DNA of 64,000 nucleotides from Methanolobus sp. (GTDB lineage: Archaea > Halobacteriota > Methanosarcinia > Methanosarcinales > Methanosarcinaceae): the NCBI GenBank assembly GCA_033549165.1, contig JAWSUM010000002.1, forward strand, positions 16,211-80,210. Reading direction: 5' to 3'. The stretch's first letter is position 1, and every line of letters starts with the position of its first letter. The position numbers were made by a program, and so were the translations under genes. The notes below the pieces were generated by a model, which was not told where the DNA came from, did not search any database, and was given only the letters and a program-made list of their open reading frames with translations. Below are positions 8,830-18,464 of the stretch, piece by piece.

Positions 8830-9413
8830 ATCGGGATCACCCAGAAGTAATTAACAAAAGCCAGGGACAGCATCGTTGCTATAAAGAATGCCTGTGGAAG
8901 GCCTCTTATCGAGGAAGGGATATGGACGAATGTCGAGCGCTCTCTTATGGATGCCATCATCATCATGACAATAGTATATCCAATACCTGCAGAAATACCG
9001 AACACTACACTCTGTACAAGGTTATACTCGGAAAGTACATTGAGCAGTACCACACCAAGCACAGCACAGTTCGTTGTGATCAACGGGAGGTAAATACCGA
9101 GTGAACGGTAGAGCGCAGGGATGTTTTTCCTGACAACGAACTCGACCAATTGTACAAGTGCAGCAATGACCACGATGAAACTTATCAGGTCAAGGAATTC
9201 CATGCCTGTTGGCACCAGAATATAGGTATATATTATATATGATACCGTGGCAGCCATCGCCATTACGAATATGACTGCTCCGGACATTCCCGCAGCACTC
9301 TTGAAGTCCTTGGTAACTCCTACGAAAGAGCACAGTCCAAGGAACTGTATAAGCAGGAAGTTCTTAATGAAGACTCCTTCCATGAAAATTGCAAATAAAG
9401 CTTTTTCTACCAT
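8826..9413 (-). CDS. rnfA: Rnf complex subunit A
   Basis: NFLLIQFLGLCSF, YLPLITTNCAVLG motifs. Confidence 0.95.
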   Translation of the reverse strand: MVEKALFAIFMEGVFIKNFLLIQFLGLCSFVGVTKDFKSAAGMSGAVIFVMAMAATVSYIIYTYILVPTGMEFLDLISFIVVIAALVQLVEFVVRKNIPALYRSLGIYLPLITTNCAVLGVVLLNVLSEYNLVQSVVFGISAGIGYTIVMMMMASIRERSTFVHIPSSIRGLPQAFFIATMLSLAFVNYFWVIPI

Positions 9414-9414
9414 T

Positions 9415-10029
9415 TCAACCACCTTTTGCTCTCTTTCTAGCCCTCTGGTAATTCACGATGGCCATGAGAACCCCTATTGTCAGGAATGCACCAGGCGGCA
9501 GGATCATGGTGGTCACGTCAGGGTTTGCCGGAAGTGACATAAATGTGTAACCGAAGGTCACTATCTGTCCTGTTCCCAAGAGTTCCCTTATCCCGCCTAT
9601 GAGCATTAATACCAGCAGGAAACCTGTGGATATACCAAGCGCATCTATGAAAGAATAGAACACATTGTTCTTATTAGCGTATGCTTCAGCACGCCCTATA
9701 ATCACGCAGTTAACAACTATAAGAGGAATGAAAACACCCAGCGCCGCATACATGGGTGGGAAATAGGCTTCCATCAGCATATCCACAATCGATACGAATG
9801 TAGCTATGATTATGATGAATATTGGAAGCCTTACAGCCGCAGGAATCTGTTTCCTCAGTGCTGACACAAAGATGTTGGCAAACACGAGCACGAAAGCCGT
9901 ACCTGCTGACATACCAATAGCGTTCTCTACCGATGTGGTCACCGCCAGTGTAGGGCAGAGACCTAAAACAAGTCCGAAGATCGGATTGTCCCTTGTAATT
10001 CCACGAATATATTCACTTAACGGATCCAT
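9415..10029 (-). CDS. rnfE: Rnf complex subunit E
   Basis: NPIFGLVLGLCPTLAVT, FIPLIVVNC, ILPPGAF motifs. Confidence 0.95.
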   Translation of the reverse strand: MDPLSEYIRGITRDNPIFGLVLGLCPTLAVTTSVENAIGMSAGTAFVLVFANIFVSALRKQIPAAVRLPIFIIIIATFVSIVDMLMEAYFPPMYAALGVFIPLIVVNCVIIGRAEAYANKNNVFYSFIDALGISTGFLLVLMLIGGIRELLGTGQIVTFGYTFMSLPANPDVTTMILPPGAFLTIGVLMAIVNYQRARKRAKGG

Positions 10030-10037
10030 TATATCAC

Positions 10038-10604
10038 CTAAGCCTCTGCACCCTCTATTTCCTCTATCTTTGCATCCAGGGCATCAACAACCGCCTGTGA
10101 AGAGATTGTAGCACCGGTAAGAGCATCTATCGATCCACCTGAACGTGAAAGGGCAAGTTGGGATACGGGAACTCCCTGGAACTGACTTCTGAATTCCTGA
10201 GTGGTTATCCTTGCTCCCAGGCCCGGAGTCTCCTCATGGCTGAGAACATCCATTCCAAGTACATTATTAAAAGATGAATCAACTGCACCTGCAACTACGA
10301 TCTGACCTTGTGAACCTCTTTGCTCCTTAAAGAAAGCATAACCGATAATGTTACCTGAATCATCGACAGCACGATAATAGAGGATCTCCCTCTCACCTTC
10401 AGCATCCTCTGCTCCCTCAACCGGCTCAAAGTTCTGGGCGTTGGGCATAAGTTCGCCCAGGATCTGCTTTTGGGCGGCTATCATATTCTCTTCCAGTTGT
10501 GCACTTGTAGGGATATATGTGATCCCAAGGAGCAATGCGGCAAAAACCGATATGAGCACAAGTTTCCCTATGACAACGGCAATCTCTTTGTTAGATTCAG
10601 TCAT
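10038..10604 (-). CDS. rnfG: Rnf complex subunit G
   Basis: ETPGLG and the flavinylation motif DALTGATISS. N-terminal anchor. Confidence 0.95.
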   Translation of the reverse strand: MTESNKEIAVVIGKLVLISVFAALLLGITYIPTSAQLEENMIAAQKQILGELMPNAQNFEPVEGAEDAEGEREILYYRAVDDSGNIIGYAFFKEQRGSQGQIVVAGAVDSSFNNVLGMDVLSHEETPGLGARITTQEFRSQFQGVPVSQLALSRSGGSIDALTGATISSQAVVDALDAKIEEIEGAEA

Positions 10605-11613
10605 CTGATATCACCTCGAATTTCAATGCAGAGGGAACCTTTGCTATCATACGGTTGTAGGTACGTTCAAGGACTGACTCCTGGTTGAATGATGCAGGTA
10701 TGGTCCTGGCTTCAATGAATGCGGCTATACCATTAGCAAGGAAGATACCGTATAGGGTTCCGTCCACATAATTACCGAACAGTCCGTATATGGAAACAAG
10801 CAGGCCACATGTAACTCCATAGATCAGGCGACCCTTCTTCGTAACAGGGGTTGTTGGTGAATCTGTTGCCAGGAAGAGCATACCAAAAAGAACGACGCCT
10901 ACCAGTGCATATGACAGCTCTTCATTGAACTCCAGGAAAGTGAACATCGTAGCCAGATATATGAGAGGGTTCATTACGCCTTCCTGTACAAGGGTTATGA
11001 TCTCAGTGACAAAGGCTATGATCTGATTGAAGAAGAACACAGTAAGGAAGAACATCAGTGGTACTCTCCATTCAATGTACCTCCTATAGATCAGATAAAC
11101 CCCGGTTAAAAGCGCGATTGGTGATACGCCCACAAGCAGACCGGCACCAGTTTCAAGGAAAAGGTCTGAGAACTGTCCGATATGCGGAATGGATACAGGC
11201 GTCATAGGGCCTGACCAGGCACTCCTGATAAAGACCCATGCGACCAGCACAGGGTTGAATATGTAGGAGCCGCTGCCTCCGAAGGCATGCTTACCAATGG
11301 CTATGGCAAAGAAGGCGCCAACCACCGGTAGCCACAAAGGAGCTTCCGGCGGCATCAATAAAGCGAGCATAAGACCGATCATTGCAGCATGACCGTCCTT
11401 TGTTGTGATCTCCTGCTTGAATATCAGCTGTATGCCGTATTCTGTTATGACAGCCGCGATTACTGCTGCCAGTATTATCCCCAGGGCAGGTATTCCGAAG
11501 AAATATACCGATATAAGACTTACAGGCAACAAAGCCAGTATCTTACTCCAGTTTATCGAACTAAAAGTGATCTTTCCTTTTTTATGTGGTGGAGCTGAAA
11601 TCGTATAAGCCAT
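10597..11613 (-). CDS. rnfD: Rnf complex subunit D
   Basis: APPH, KHAFGG.G..IFNP, FLATD.PTTP motifs. Start set at the ATG after the GGAGGTGA SD. Confidence 0.92.
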   Translation of the reverse strand: MAYTISAPPHKKGKITFSSINWSKILALLPVSLISVYFFGIPALGIILAAVIAAVITEYGIQLIFKQEITTKDGHAAMIGLMLALLMPPEAPLWLPVVGAFFAIAIGKHAFGGSGSYIFNPVLVAWVFIRSAWSGPMTPVSIPHIGQFSDLFLETGAGLLVGVSPIALLTGVYLIYRRYIEWRVPLMFFLTVFFFNQIIAFVTEIITLVQEGVMNPLIYLATMFTFLEFNEELSYALVGVVLFGMLFLATDSPTTPVTKKGRLIYGVTCGLLVSIYGLFGNYVDGTLYGIFLANGIAAFIEARTIPASFNQESVLERTYNRMIAKVPSALKFEVISDD

Positions 11614-11614
11614 A

Positions 11615-12970
11615 TCACTCACCTCCGCAACAACCAACCTTAAGATTGGAGGAATGTTTAGGGGCAGCATCCTCGTAAGCTTGCTCTATTGCATTCTTTG
11701 CGTATCTGATAAGTTGCAGTATATGGATCTTTGATGGACACACGAAAGCACATCTGCCACACTCTATACAGTTCTCTATGTGCATCTGGCGGCATTCATC
11801 AAAGCGACCCTGGTCTGCAAGAACAGTAAGTCTGCTGGGCACAAGGGACACGGGGCACACGTCCACGCAGCGTGCACAGTGGATACATACAAGGGACTCA
11901 TCACGGATAACCTCTTCCCTGGTCAGAAGTGTTATCCTCGTCGTGCCCTTTGTCACAGGCACTTCATCAGTATACTGAGCAACACCTGTAATAACACCGT
12001 TTGCGACGATCTTCCCGATCTCTCCCTTAAAGTCGCAGGTTTCAATAATATCTTTAAAAGGCGTACCTATTCTAACAAGCATATATTCAGGACAGTCCAC
12101 ATTACCTTCAATGGTGATGACTGTTTCATAGTATGGTTTCCCTTCGTGCACTGCATCATATAAAGCTTTCGCTGATTTGATGCCACATACCGCAACACCT
12201 ACATCTGTAGGGTCACAACCTATCCCCACCTTGCGCCCTGTCACGTTATATGTAAAGAAATTAAGTATCTTTTTTCCATAGATACGTTCCTGGGAAGCTA
12301 CGATGATATTGGAATTCTGATCTCTGAAATAATGCCCGAGCCGACGCTTCCCCACGAGTGGCGCCACTTTCAGGACTTTTCCATTGGCTTCAACACCTTC
12401 GAATGCCTCAATGGATTCCTTATCATCCTTTCGGATTATTATCGCACCTTTCGATGCCCCTGCAGCCTTCATGAGAAGCTTGAGGGCATCTATCATCTGG
12501 GAAGCATATTCCCTGGGTGTCTTGTACTTACCACCGATCCATTCGGATGCAGTGGAATTGATAAGGACAAGATCTATACTTTTACCCTCGGGCTTGAGCA
12601 CCGTATGCGTTGGCGCACCATAATGTTCTACAATGCCGGCTTCCTGCATCAGAGTAATTAACTCTTCGGGGGAAGCGTTCTCTTTGGGGATGAATTCCAC
12701 GGTCTCCATGGAATCCGTAGGCTGTATGATCACACTCAGAACCTTGTTCCCGTTGGGGTGAGGCGCTTCTTCTATAGCCAGAACCTCCCCGCAGACACTT
12801 GAATGTACATCCGATGAGTAATAGGACGTTGATCTGCCGATCTTCTGCCCTATGAGTACCTGATCACCTTTCTTCACAAGGGGTTCGCAGATCGTACCCT
12901 GATGCTGTTTTAAGGGAATAGTAACTTTTTCCGGAATTTTCTTCAATCTTTTGCTTTCCACAACGATCAC
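11615..12970 (-). CDS. rnfC: Rnf complex subunit C
   Basis: PLKQHQG, HSSVCGEV, two [4Fe-4S] motifs CIHCARCVDVCP and CIECGRCAFVCP. Confidence 0.93.
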   Translation of the reverse strand: MIVVESKRLKKIPEKVTIPLKQHQGTICEPLVKKGDQVLIGQKIGRSTSYYSSDVHSSVCGEVLAIEEAPHPNGNKVLSVIIQPTDSMETVEFIPKENASPEELITLMQEAGIVEHYGAPTHTVLKPEGKSIDLVLINSTASEWIGGKYKTPREYASQMIDALKLLMKAAGASKGAIIIRKDDKESIEAFEGVEANGKVLKVAPLVGKRRLGHYFRDQNSNIIVASQERIYGKKILNFFTYNVTGRKVGIGCDPTDVGVAVCGIKSAKALYDAVHEGKPYYETVITIEGNVDCPEYMLVRIGTPFKDIIETCDFKGEIGKIVANGVITGVAQYTDEVPVTKGTTRITLLTREEVIRDESLVCIHCARCVDVCPVSLVPSRLTVLADQGRFDECRQMHIENCIECGRCAFVCPSKIHILQLIRYAKNAIEQAYEDAAPKHSSNLKVGCCGGE

Positions 12971-12971
12971 C

Positions 12972-14522
12972 TCAGAATGCCGGCTCCCTCTCGATCTCAG
13001 CGGGTGCCTGGCCAGGTATTGAAACCTCTATCTCCGTTCCTGAGAAATCGCCAGCACTTGCCGGATCGGCCTCATATCCCAGGAGTTTCCAGTTAATAGC
13101 CGGATCCTCTTCATGACAGTCTGAACAATCCTGGATCTCAGGTCCGAAGTGAACATTCTGCAATGTCTCCGAAGCTGATGCACCATGGCAATCATCACAA
13201 ACTAACGGATCTGCAAGTCCGACCTCTGAACCTGCGATATTGTGGCTTACGGGGAAGTACATCTCCACATGCCTGAGCACTGCACCCGGATAGTCAGGAA
13301 TGCCATCCGAGTTACCATCATAGGAACGGATCTCTTCAAGCGTGACCTCTCCGTCACCATTCTGATCTGCTTCCTGTACTATTGCTGGTGCTATCGGATT
13401 ACCTATAGAGGCACTGCCATTTGGATCTGCAGTCACTTCAGCATCTGTGCCCTCGTCCCACCATATACCGGTGATGATATTGAAAGGCTTCAGAGTTGCA
13501 TCATCACTCATGTTTGTCCTCACAGGCAGGCTGTCGTAGGGTATTCCTGCATACCACGAAATGGTCGGAGTGAACTCTGAATCATAGGTCACTTCTTCTC
13601 TGGTACCATTAGCCCAGCTAAAGAAATTGACAACAGGACCTCCTTCGATTCCAGCTCCAGGCAATGCTGGTATATGGCAGGTTTCACATTCGACAGCTGA
13701 AAGGTGACCGTCGACCAACGCACCATGAGATATACCGGCGTGGCAGCCTACTGCGTCACAGCTCTTCACTTCGACATCATGAGCAGTCTCCACAGATTCG
13801 GGAGCACCGGTTACCGCAGGGGAGCCTATCTGATGGTTCTCTGTCTCATGACATTCGACACAATTCAGATCTGCGTGCACATCGTAATGAGCATAGTTCT
13901 CGTCTGCCCAGGCTACACCTGTTTGCGAAACTTCATTGATATGACAGGTGCTTGCACACTGTTCAGCCCTTGGACCTGCATTTACTTCATCGTGGATCTC
14001 TGTAACCAAAGGAAGCGGGGTCAATATGTCAAGCATGTAGCTCATGACATACAGGGGTTCTTTCTGCGCTATGGAACGTGCTTCCCCGAGTGCGGCCTCT
14101 TCAGCCATGTCAAAGTTTCCCGAACCTATGGCTTCAGATCTTGCTTCATAATTATAGTGGCCGTTCTGCTCATGGCAGGCCATACAGTCAAGCTCGACGC
14201 CGTATTCCTCCATGTATCCGCCACCAGGCTGGACCTGACCATATGTCATAGCCCTGTCTTCACCCCGGATACTGTCAATATCTACACCGTAATCCATGAG
14301 AGATGTCCATTTATTAAGGTCCTGCTCTACATGGTACGATTCCGCGACCTCTGCATGCACATTGGGATGACAACCACCGCATGAACTGTCAGACCATTTC
14401 TGCTCGGTCATATAATGAACAGCAAGGGCATCGTTACCATTATAACCTGCAAAAGCATAAACGCCCGCCGCAGCGAACATAAAGATCAAGACCGCAATTA
14501 GAACTGTATTCAATTTATCCAT
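12972..14522 (-). CDS. mmcA: Multiheme cytochrome c MmcA (8 candidate heme motifs)
   Basis: N-terminal TM/signal; CGGCH, CMACH, CASTCH, CVECH, CDAVGCH, CETCH, CDDCH, CSDCH. Directly upstream of rnfC. Confidence 0.92.
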   Translation of the reverse strand: MDKLNTVLIAVLIFMFAAAGVYAFAGYNGNDALAVHYMTEQKWSDSSCGGCHPNVHAEVAESYHVEQDLNKWTSLMDYGVDIDSIRGEDRAMTYGQVQPGGGYMEEYGVELDCMACHEQNGHYNYEARSEAIGSGNFDMAEEAALGEARSIAQKEPLYVMSYMLDILTPLPLVTEIHDEVNAGPRAEQCASTCHINEVSQTGVAWADENYAHYDVHADLNCVECHETENHQIGSPAVTGAPESVETAHDVEVKSCDAVGCHAGISHGALVDGHLSAVECETCHIPALPGAGIEGGPVVNFFSWANGTREEVTYDSEFTPTISWYAGIPYDSLPVRTNMSDDATLKPFNIITGIWWDEGTDAEVTADPNGSASIGNPIAPAIVQEADQNGDGEVTLEEIRSYDGNSDGIPDYPGAVLRHVEMYFPVSHNIAGSEVGLADPLVCDDCHGASASETLQNVHFGPEIQDCSDCHEEDPAINWKLLGYEADPASAGDFSGTEIEVSIPGQAPAEIEREPAF

Positions 14523-14529
14523 AATTACC

Positions 14530-14943
14530 TCACTGTTCTTTCTTCTCCACCGCTTCTTCGAGCTGCTTGATAACTATGACAATATTGTTCCTCAGGCTCT
14601 GCTCGTTGAGTATTTTCATGTCATCTGAGACATATTTACTGATCTCGAACGACTTGCGGACGATCCTTATGTTAAAGTCGAAAACCCTGTCAAGAAGTCC
14701 TTTCTTCGGAGTGACGCCAAAAAAGTCCACATCCATGTGGTTACCAAGAACATTCGCCTTGAGTTCGATCTTATCAAGAGGCGAGTCAGGCTTGACATAA
14801 ATAATATGATGTTTTACAAAGCCGAAATGCTTCTCAATACCTCTCCAACCATACTCTTCCATTAACTGATGAAGGGCGACGACTAGGTACTTGTCCTTAT
14901 TTGAACTACCTCCCGTACCTGTTTTTATGCTGGGGTTGCTCAT
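14530..14943 (-). CDS. Hypothetical soluble protein leading the mmcA-rnf operon
   Basis: SD GAAGGAAGT upstream. The stop is 7 bp from the mmcA start. Confidence 0.75.
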   Translation of the reverse strand: MSNPSIKTGTGGSSNKDKYLVVALHQLMEEYGWRGIEKHFGFVKHHIIYVKPDSPLDKIELKANVLGNHMDVDFFGVTPKKGLLDRVFDFNIRIVRKSFEISKYVSDDMKILNEQSLRNNIVIVIKQLEEAVEKKEQ

Positions 14944-15047
14944 AATATTACTTCCTTCAAACAAATGATATAATGAAATAGACCGGAAGCGTTCTTCCTT
15001 CTACTGTACCGTCGTACATAAATATCAATTATCTCTTTTCATACAAC

Positions 15048-16088
15048 ATGATGTATAAAACTGTTGCCGTTGTCCTGATAGCGATTCTCACAGTATTATT
15101 AATGATAAATTACATGCCCGGGACAGAAGAAGACGAAGCGAGCACTGGACAAATTTATTCCATCACCAGAAGTATGATGGATACCACAGTAACAGTCAGT
15201 GTATTAAGCTCGAATGAAACCCAGGCACAGGCATCAATAGAAAAGGCCTTTGAAAGGATAGAGTACGTTGATAAGCTGATGAACAACTACGACAACAACA
15301 GTGAACTCAGTATACTGAACGAACAGGGACATATTAGTGACGCTAACCCTGACCTCGTATATGTTATCAACAGATCGGAGTATTATTCAGAGAACAGTCA
15401 GGGAGCATTCGATATCTCAATACTTCCGATACTCGATCTCTGGAAAAGTAAGTTCAGCCCAGGTGGCACTTACGAAGCCCCTACTCCTGAGGAGATCAAC
15501 GAAACACTTGAACTGGTGAACTATTCTGCCATACAGACAGAGAACAATAATATCACCATCGATGAAGGAATGATGATTACACTGGGAGGGGTTGCAAAGG
15601 GATATGCAGTCGACCTGGCAGTAGAATCACTAATTGTTGATGGGATCGAAGCAGGATTTGTCAATGCAGGAGGGGATGGGAGGTACATCGGACACAAAGA
15701 AGATGGTACTCCGTGGAAGATAGGTCTGCAGAATCCTGACAGAACAGGAGAAGCGGTCGTGGTGATGGACATTGAAGACATGGCAGTTGCAACAAGCGGG
15801 AATTACGAGCGCTATTTCAATGATGCCGCCAAAGTCTCGCATATATCCGATCCACGCACAGGATACCCGTCACAGAGCCTCATCAGCGTAACTGTTATCG
15901 CAAAAAGTGCGATGGATGCCGATGCCTTTGCCACAGCAGTGTTCGTTATGGGAGAGGAGGATGGCCTGCAGATGATAGAGAAACTTGACGGTGTCGAATG
16001 TCTTATAATTACATCAGACAAAAGAATTGTCCGCTCCAGTGGATTTGCAGCTTATGAAAGTACTTCAGATGATAGTGTACAGGAGTAG
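15048..16088 (+). CDS. apbE: FAD:protein FMN transferase (ApbE family)
   Basis: MMDTTV, GAFDISI.P, LGGVAKGYAVD, VNAGGD, VATSGNYERYF, HI.DPRTGYP, ADAFATA. Confidence 0.95.
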   Translation: MMYKTVAVVLIAILTVLLMINYMPGTEEDEASTGQIYSITRSMMDTTVTVSVLSSNETQAQASIEKAFERIEYVDKLMNNYDNNSELSILNEQGHISDANPDLVYVINRSEYYSENSQGAFDISILPILDLWKSKFSPGGTYEAPTPEEINETLELVNYSAIQTENNNITIDEGMMITLGGVAKGYAVDLAVESLIVDGIEAGFVNAGGDGRYIGHKEDGTPWKIGLQNPDRTGEAVVVMDIEDMAVATSGNYERYFNDAAKVSHISDPRTGYPSQSLISVTVIAKSAMDADAFATAVFVMGEEDGLQMIEKLDGVECLIITSDKRIVRSSGFAAYESTSDDSVQE

Positions 16089-16113
16089 TTACCAGAGGGA
16101 TGATCCTTATAGG

Positions 16114-16671
16114 TCATCCTAATTTTACTTCATGCAGTGTCTCGTAAACAGGCCCTTCCGGTGTAAGGGTACTCTTCTTAAGCCTGATCGCATCTACCTT
16201 CATCGGACCTACTTCAACATCCTTCAGCTCATCGAGCAGCTGCATGAAATCCTCTTTTTTCTTTTTGGGAAGATATTTCACTCTTGCAAGGGTGGCATGC
16301 GCGCTGAAAGAGTGAAGATCTTTAGCAAACTCGAAAGGTAACAGTGATTCCTCGATGGATCTATGTAGCTGTTCAAAATTACCCTCACAACCAAGCCAGA
16401 TGACTTTTGCAAAACGAGGTTTTGGGAAAACACCCAGTCCCTTGATCAATGTTTCGAACGGTTCGCATGATATGGAATCAAGCGCCTTTGATATGCTTTC
16501 AATCTTCTCTTCAGGAACCTCACCGAGGAATTTCATGGTAATGTGCACGATATCCGGATTCACGAATTTGAATTTGAAGTCACCAAATTTTGACTGGACA
16601 TCTGCTATTTTAGGGTGTAACTCCTCCGGCAAATCCACTGCTACAAAAACTCTCACCAAACAGATCACCAA
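16114..16671 (-). CDS. thpR: RNA 2',3'-cyclic phosphodiesterase (2'-5' RNA ligase family); start may be TTG 16659
   Basis: Two HxT motifs (HITMKF, HATLAR), RVFVAVD N-terminus. Confidence 0.9.
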   Translation of the reverse strand: MVICLVRVFVAVDLPEELHPKIADVQSKFGDFKFKFVNPDIVHITMKFLGEVPEEKIESISKALDSISCEPFETLIKGLGVFPKPRFAKVIWLGCEGNFEQLHRSIEESLLPFEFAKDLHSFSAHATLARVKYLPKKKKEDFMQLLDELKDVEVGPMKVDAIRLKKSTLTPEGPVYETLHEVKLG

Positions 16672-16782
16672 TTTATGATTTAATCTAGGAATTTAAATTG
16701 TTGACGCTACAAGCAAGTTTTTATTTATAATGAAGGATATTATAATTACTGCTTTGAACAATAGCAGGCAAGAGGGGACCTA

Positions 16783-17667
16783 ATGGATAATATCAAGACA
16801 ATTCTGAAAACTGCGATAAAACTTGCAGAAGATCTGGAGTCGACTGCTATTATAGTGTCCGGAGACATCAGTCTTGAGGGTGTCAAAACAGATATGCCTG
16901 TATTTTTTAGTTTGAGGAGAACAAAAAGCATAATTGACCACCTGGTAGCCACCAGCAAGTCCAAGGAAGAAAGGATCAAAGGATTTGCTGACAGGATAAC
17001 ACAACAAGCCACCGGAAAGATAGATCAGATCGAAGATATATCCGCTACCGAGTACATGTTGGGAGACCTGAAAGAAGGGCTTGTGGTTGGACTTATTGAA
17101 ACGACCGATTCCATTGCTATAATTGTTCATAATCTTGAAGAAAACCAGCTTGTGCAATCATTGAAAGCATGTGAGGAAAGAGTACCTTCCGAAGTGATGC
17201 GTACTGTGCTAAAAATTGCTTTTGACATATCGAGCACCGGACGCGAAGGGAAACCAATAGGTACTGCTTTTATCCTGGGAGATGCCGAAGAAGTGATGGC
17301 ACGTTCCCACCAGATAATTCTTAACCCGTACGTCGGCCACAGGGACGAAGACCGGGATGTGCTGAACAAAAAGAACTGGGAATCCGTAAAAGAGTTCGCG
17401 CAGCTTGACGGGGTATTCATAGTATCCGAAGAAGGAAAAATGGAAGCTGCAGGACGATATCTGGATATTGATGCCAGAGATATCAGACTCGATAAAGGGC
17501 TTGGTGGCCGACATGTGTCAGCTGCTGCCATTACAAGGGATACTGTAGCCATAGCAATAACTGTTTCTGAATCCGGCGGGCTTATTCATGTGTATATGGA
17601 CGGAAAGGAGCTCATGTCCATAGAGTCCACGGAAAGGGCAATGTGCTGCAATCCTGTTAGAGAGTAA
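16783..17667 (+). CDS. dacZ: Diadenylate cyclase, DacZ type (N-terminal regulatory domain + DAC domain)
   Basis: GREGKPIGT.F, EFAQLDG, GLGGRH..A, VSESGG motifs. Confidence 0.88.
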   Translation: MDNIKTILKTAIKLAEDLESTAIIVSGDISLEGVKTDMPVFFSLRRTKSIIDHLVATSKSKEERIKGFADRITQQATGKIDQIEDISATEYMLGDLKEGLVVGLIETTDSIAIIVHNLEENQLVQSLKACEERVPSEVMRTVLKIAFDISSTGREGKPIGTAFILGDAEEVMARSHQIILNPYVGHRDEDRDVLNKKNWESVKEFAQLDGVFIVSEEGKMEAAGRYLDIDARDIRLDKGLGGRHVSAAAITRDTVAIAITVSESGGLIHVYMDGKELMSIESTERAMCCNPVRE

Positions 17668-17697
17668 CGGTAAATTAAAAAAGAAAGAAAGATTGTG

Positions 17698-17712
17698 CCG
17701 GCATAATGCCGG
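17698..17712. terminator. Hairpin between converging dacZ and channel genes
   Basis: CCGGCAT-A-ATGCCGG, flanked by an A-rich tract on the left and a T-rich tract on the right. Confidence 0.5.
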
Positions 17713-17738
17713 ACTTTTTAACTAAAAATCATCCTGCT

Positions 17739-18299
17739 TTAGTAGGGGATCTTTATCTTACCAACTTCATCCATGATCAGTGCAATTGCTGTGTAGAGTG
17801 AAGCAAGGCCCAACAGTAGGGTAATTACTCCTGCGATCGTACCCGGTATGAGTGCAATGCTAAAGAATGTAAGGTCCAGCAATATGAAGGTAAGTATTAT
17901 TGCCTTTACACCGATCTTCAAGGTCACTATTGTCAACAGGGTTGCTATAATACCCCAGATAATAAGGTACCAGAAACCTGCACCAGCGCTCATTGGATCC
18001 ATCACACCTCCGAATATGCCTACTGTTGTGCCTATCTGGATAAATGCCCAGGAGAACCAGAACAGGGCAAATGCACCGAATGCAGATGCGCCAAAGGTGT
18101 CACCTTTTTTCCAGAGTTCCAGACTGGCAAACAACTGAGCGAAACCACCCAAGAAAATTGCCGTTGAGATTACCATAGTAGCGTCGCCGAACAGCCCCAA
18201 GATCATCATTCCGAGGAATGTTGCTGCAAATCCAAGACCAAAGAAGCCCAATGGTGCCGGGCTTGCGGTCGTATCTTTAATTACTACTTCTCCATCCAT
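17739..18299 (-). CDS. GPR1/FUN34/SatP-family acetate/carboxylate channel
   Basis: ASPAPLGFFG, GGFAQL, GDTFG.SAF motifs, six TM helices. Confidence 0.88.
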   Translation of the reverse strand: MDGEVVIKDTTASPAPLGFFGLGFAATFLGMMILGLFGDATMVISTAIFLGGFAQLFASLELWKKGDTFGASAFGAFALFWFSWAFIQIGTTVGIFGGVMDPMSAGAGFWYLIIWGIIATLLTIVTLKIGVKAIILTFILLDLTFFSIALIPGTIAGVITLLLGLASLYTAIALIMDEVGKIKIPY

Positions 18300-18437
18300 A
18301 GTTAATCACTTCCCTAACATAGGTTTTTGATAATTATAAACTAATTTGAATATTTTTTATTAGTCATTATAATTGACACTTAGGCTTTCAAAATTCAATA
18401 GCCTGAACAAATTCATGATTAAAACTTTTTCAATGTA

Positions 18438-18464
18438 CTATACAGGTTTCACCAATGCTACCAT
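18438..18464 (-). other. Candidate upstream micro-ORF MVALVKPV-amber in the channel gene leader
   Basis: Perfect SD AGGAGGTGA (18476-18468), 3 nt before the ATG at 18464. TATA-like ATATATA about 25 nt further upstream. Confidence 0.4.

Noticed and set aside
13704-14384. 226-aa ORF antisense to mmcA, and the many other short overlapping ORFs in the track
   Set aside because: These are shadow ORFs opposite or out of frame to well-supported genes, with atypical composition and no motifs.
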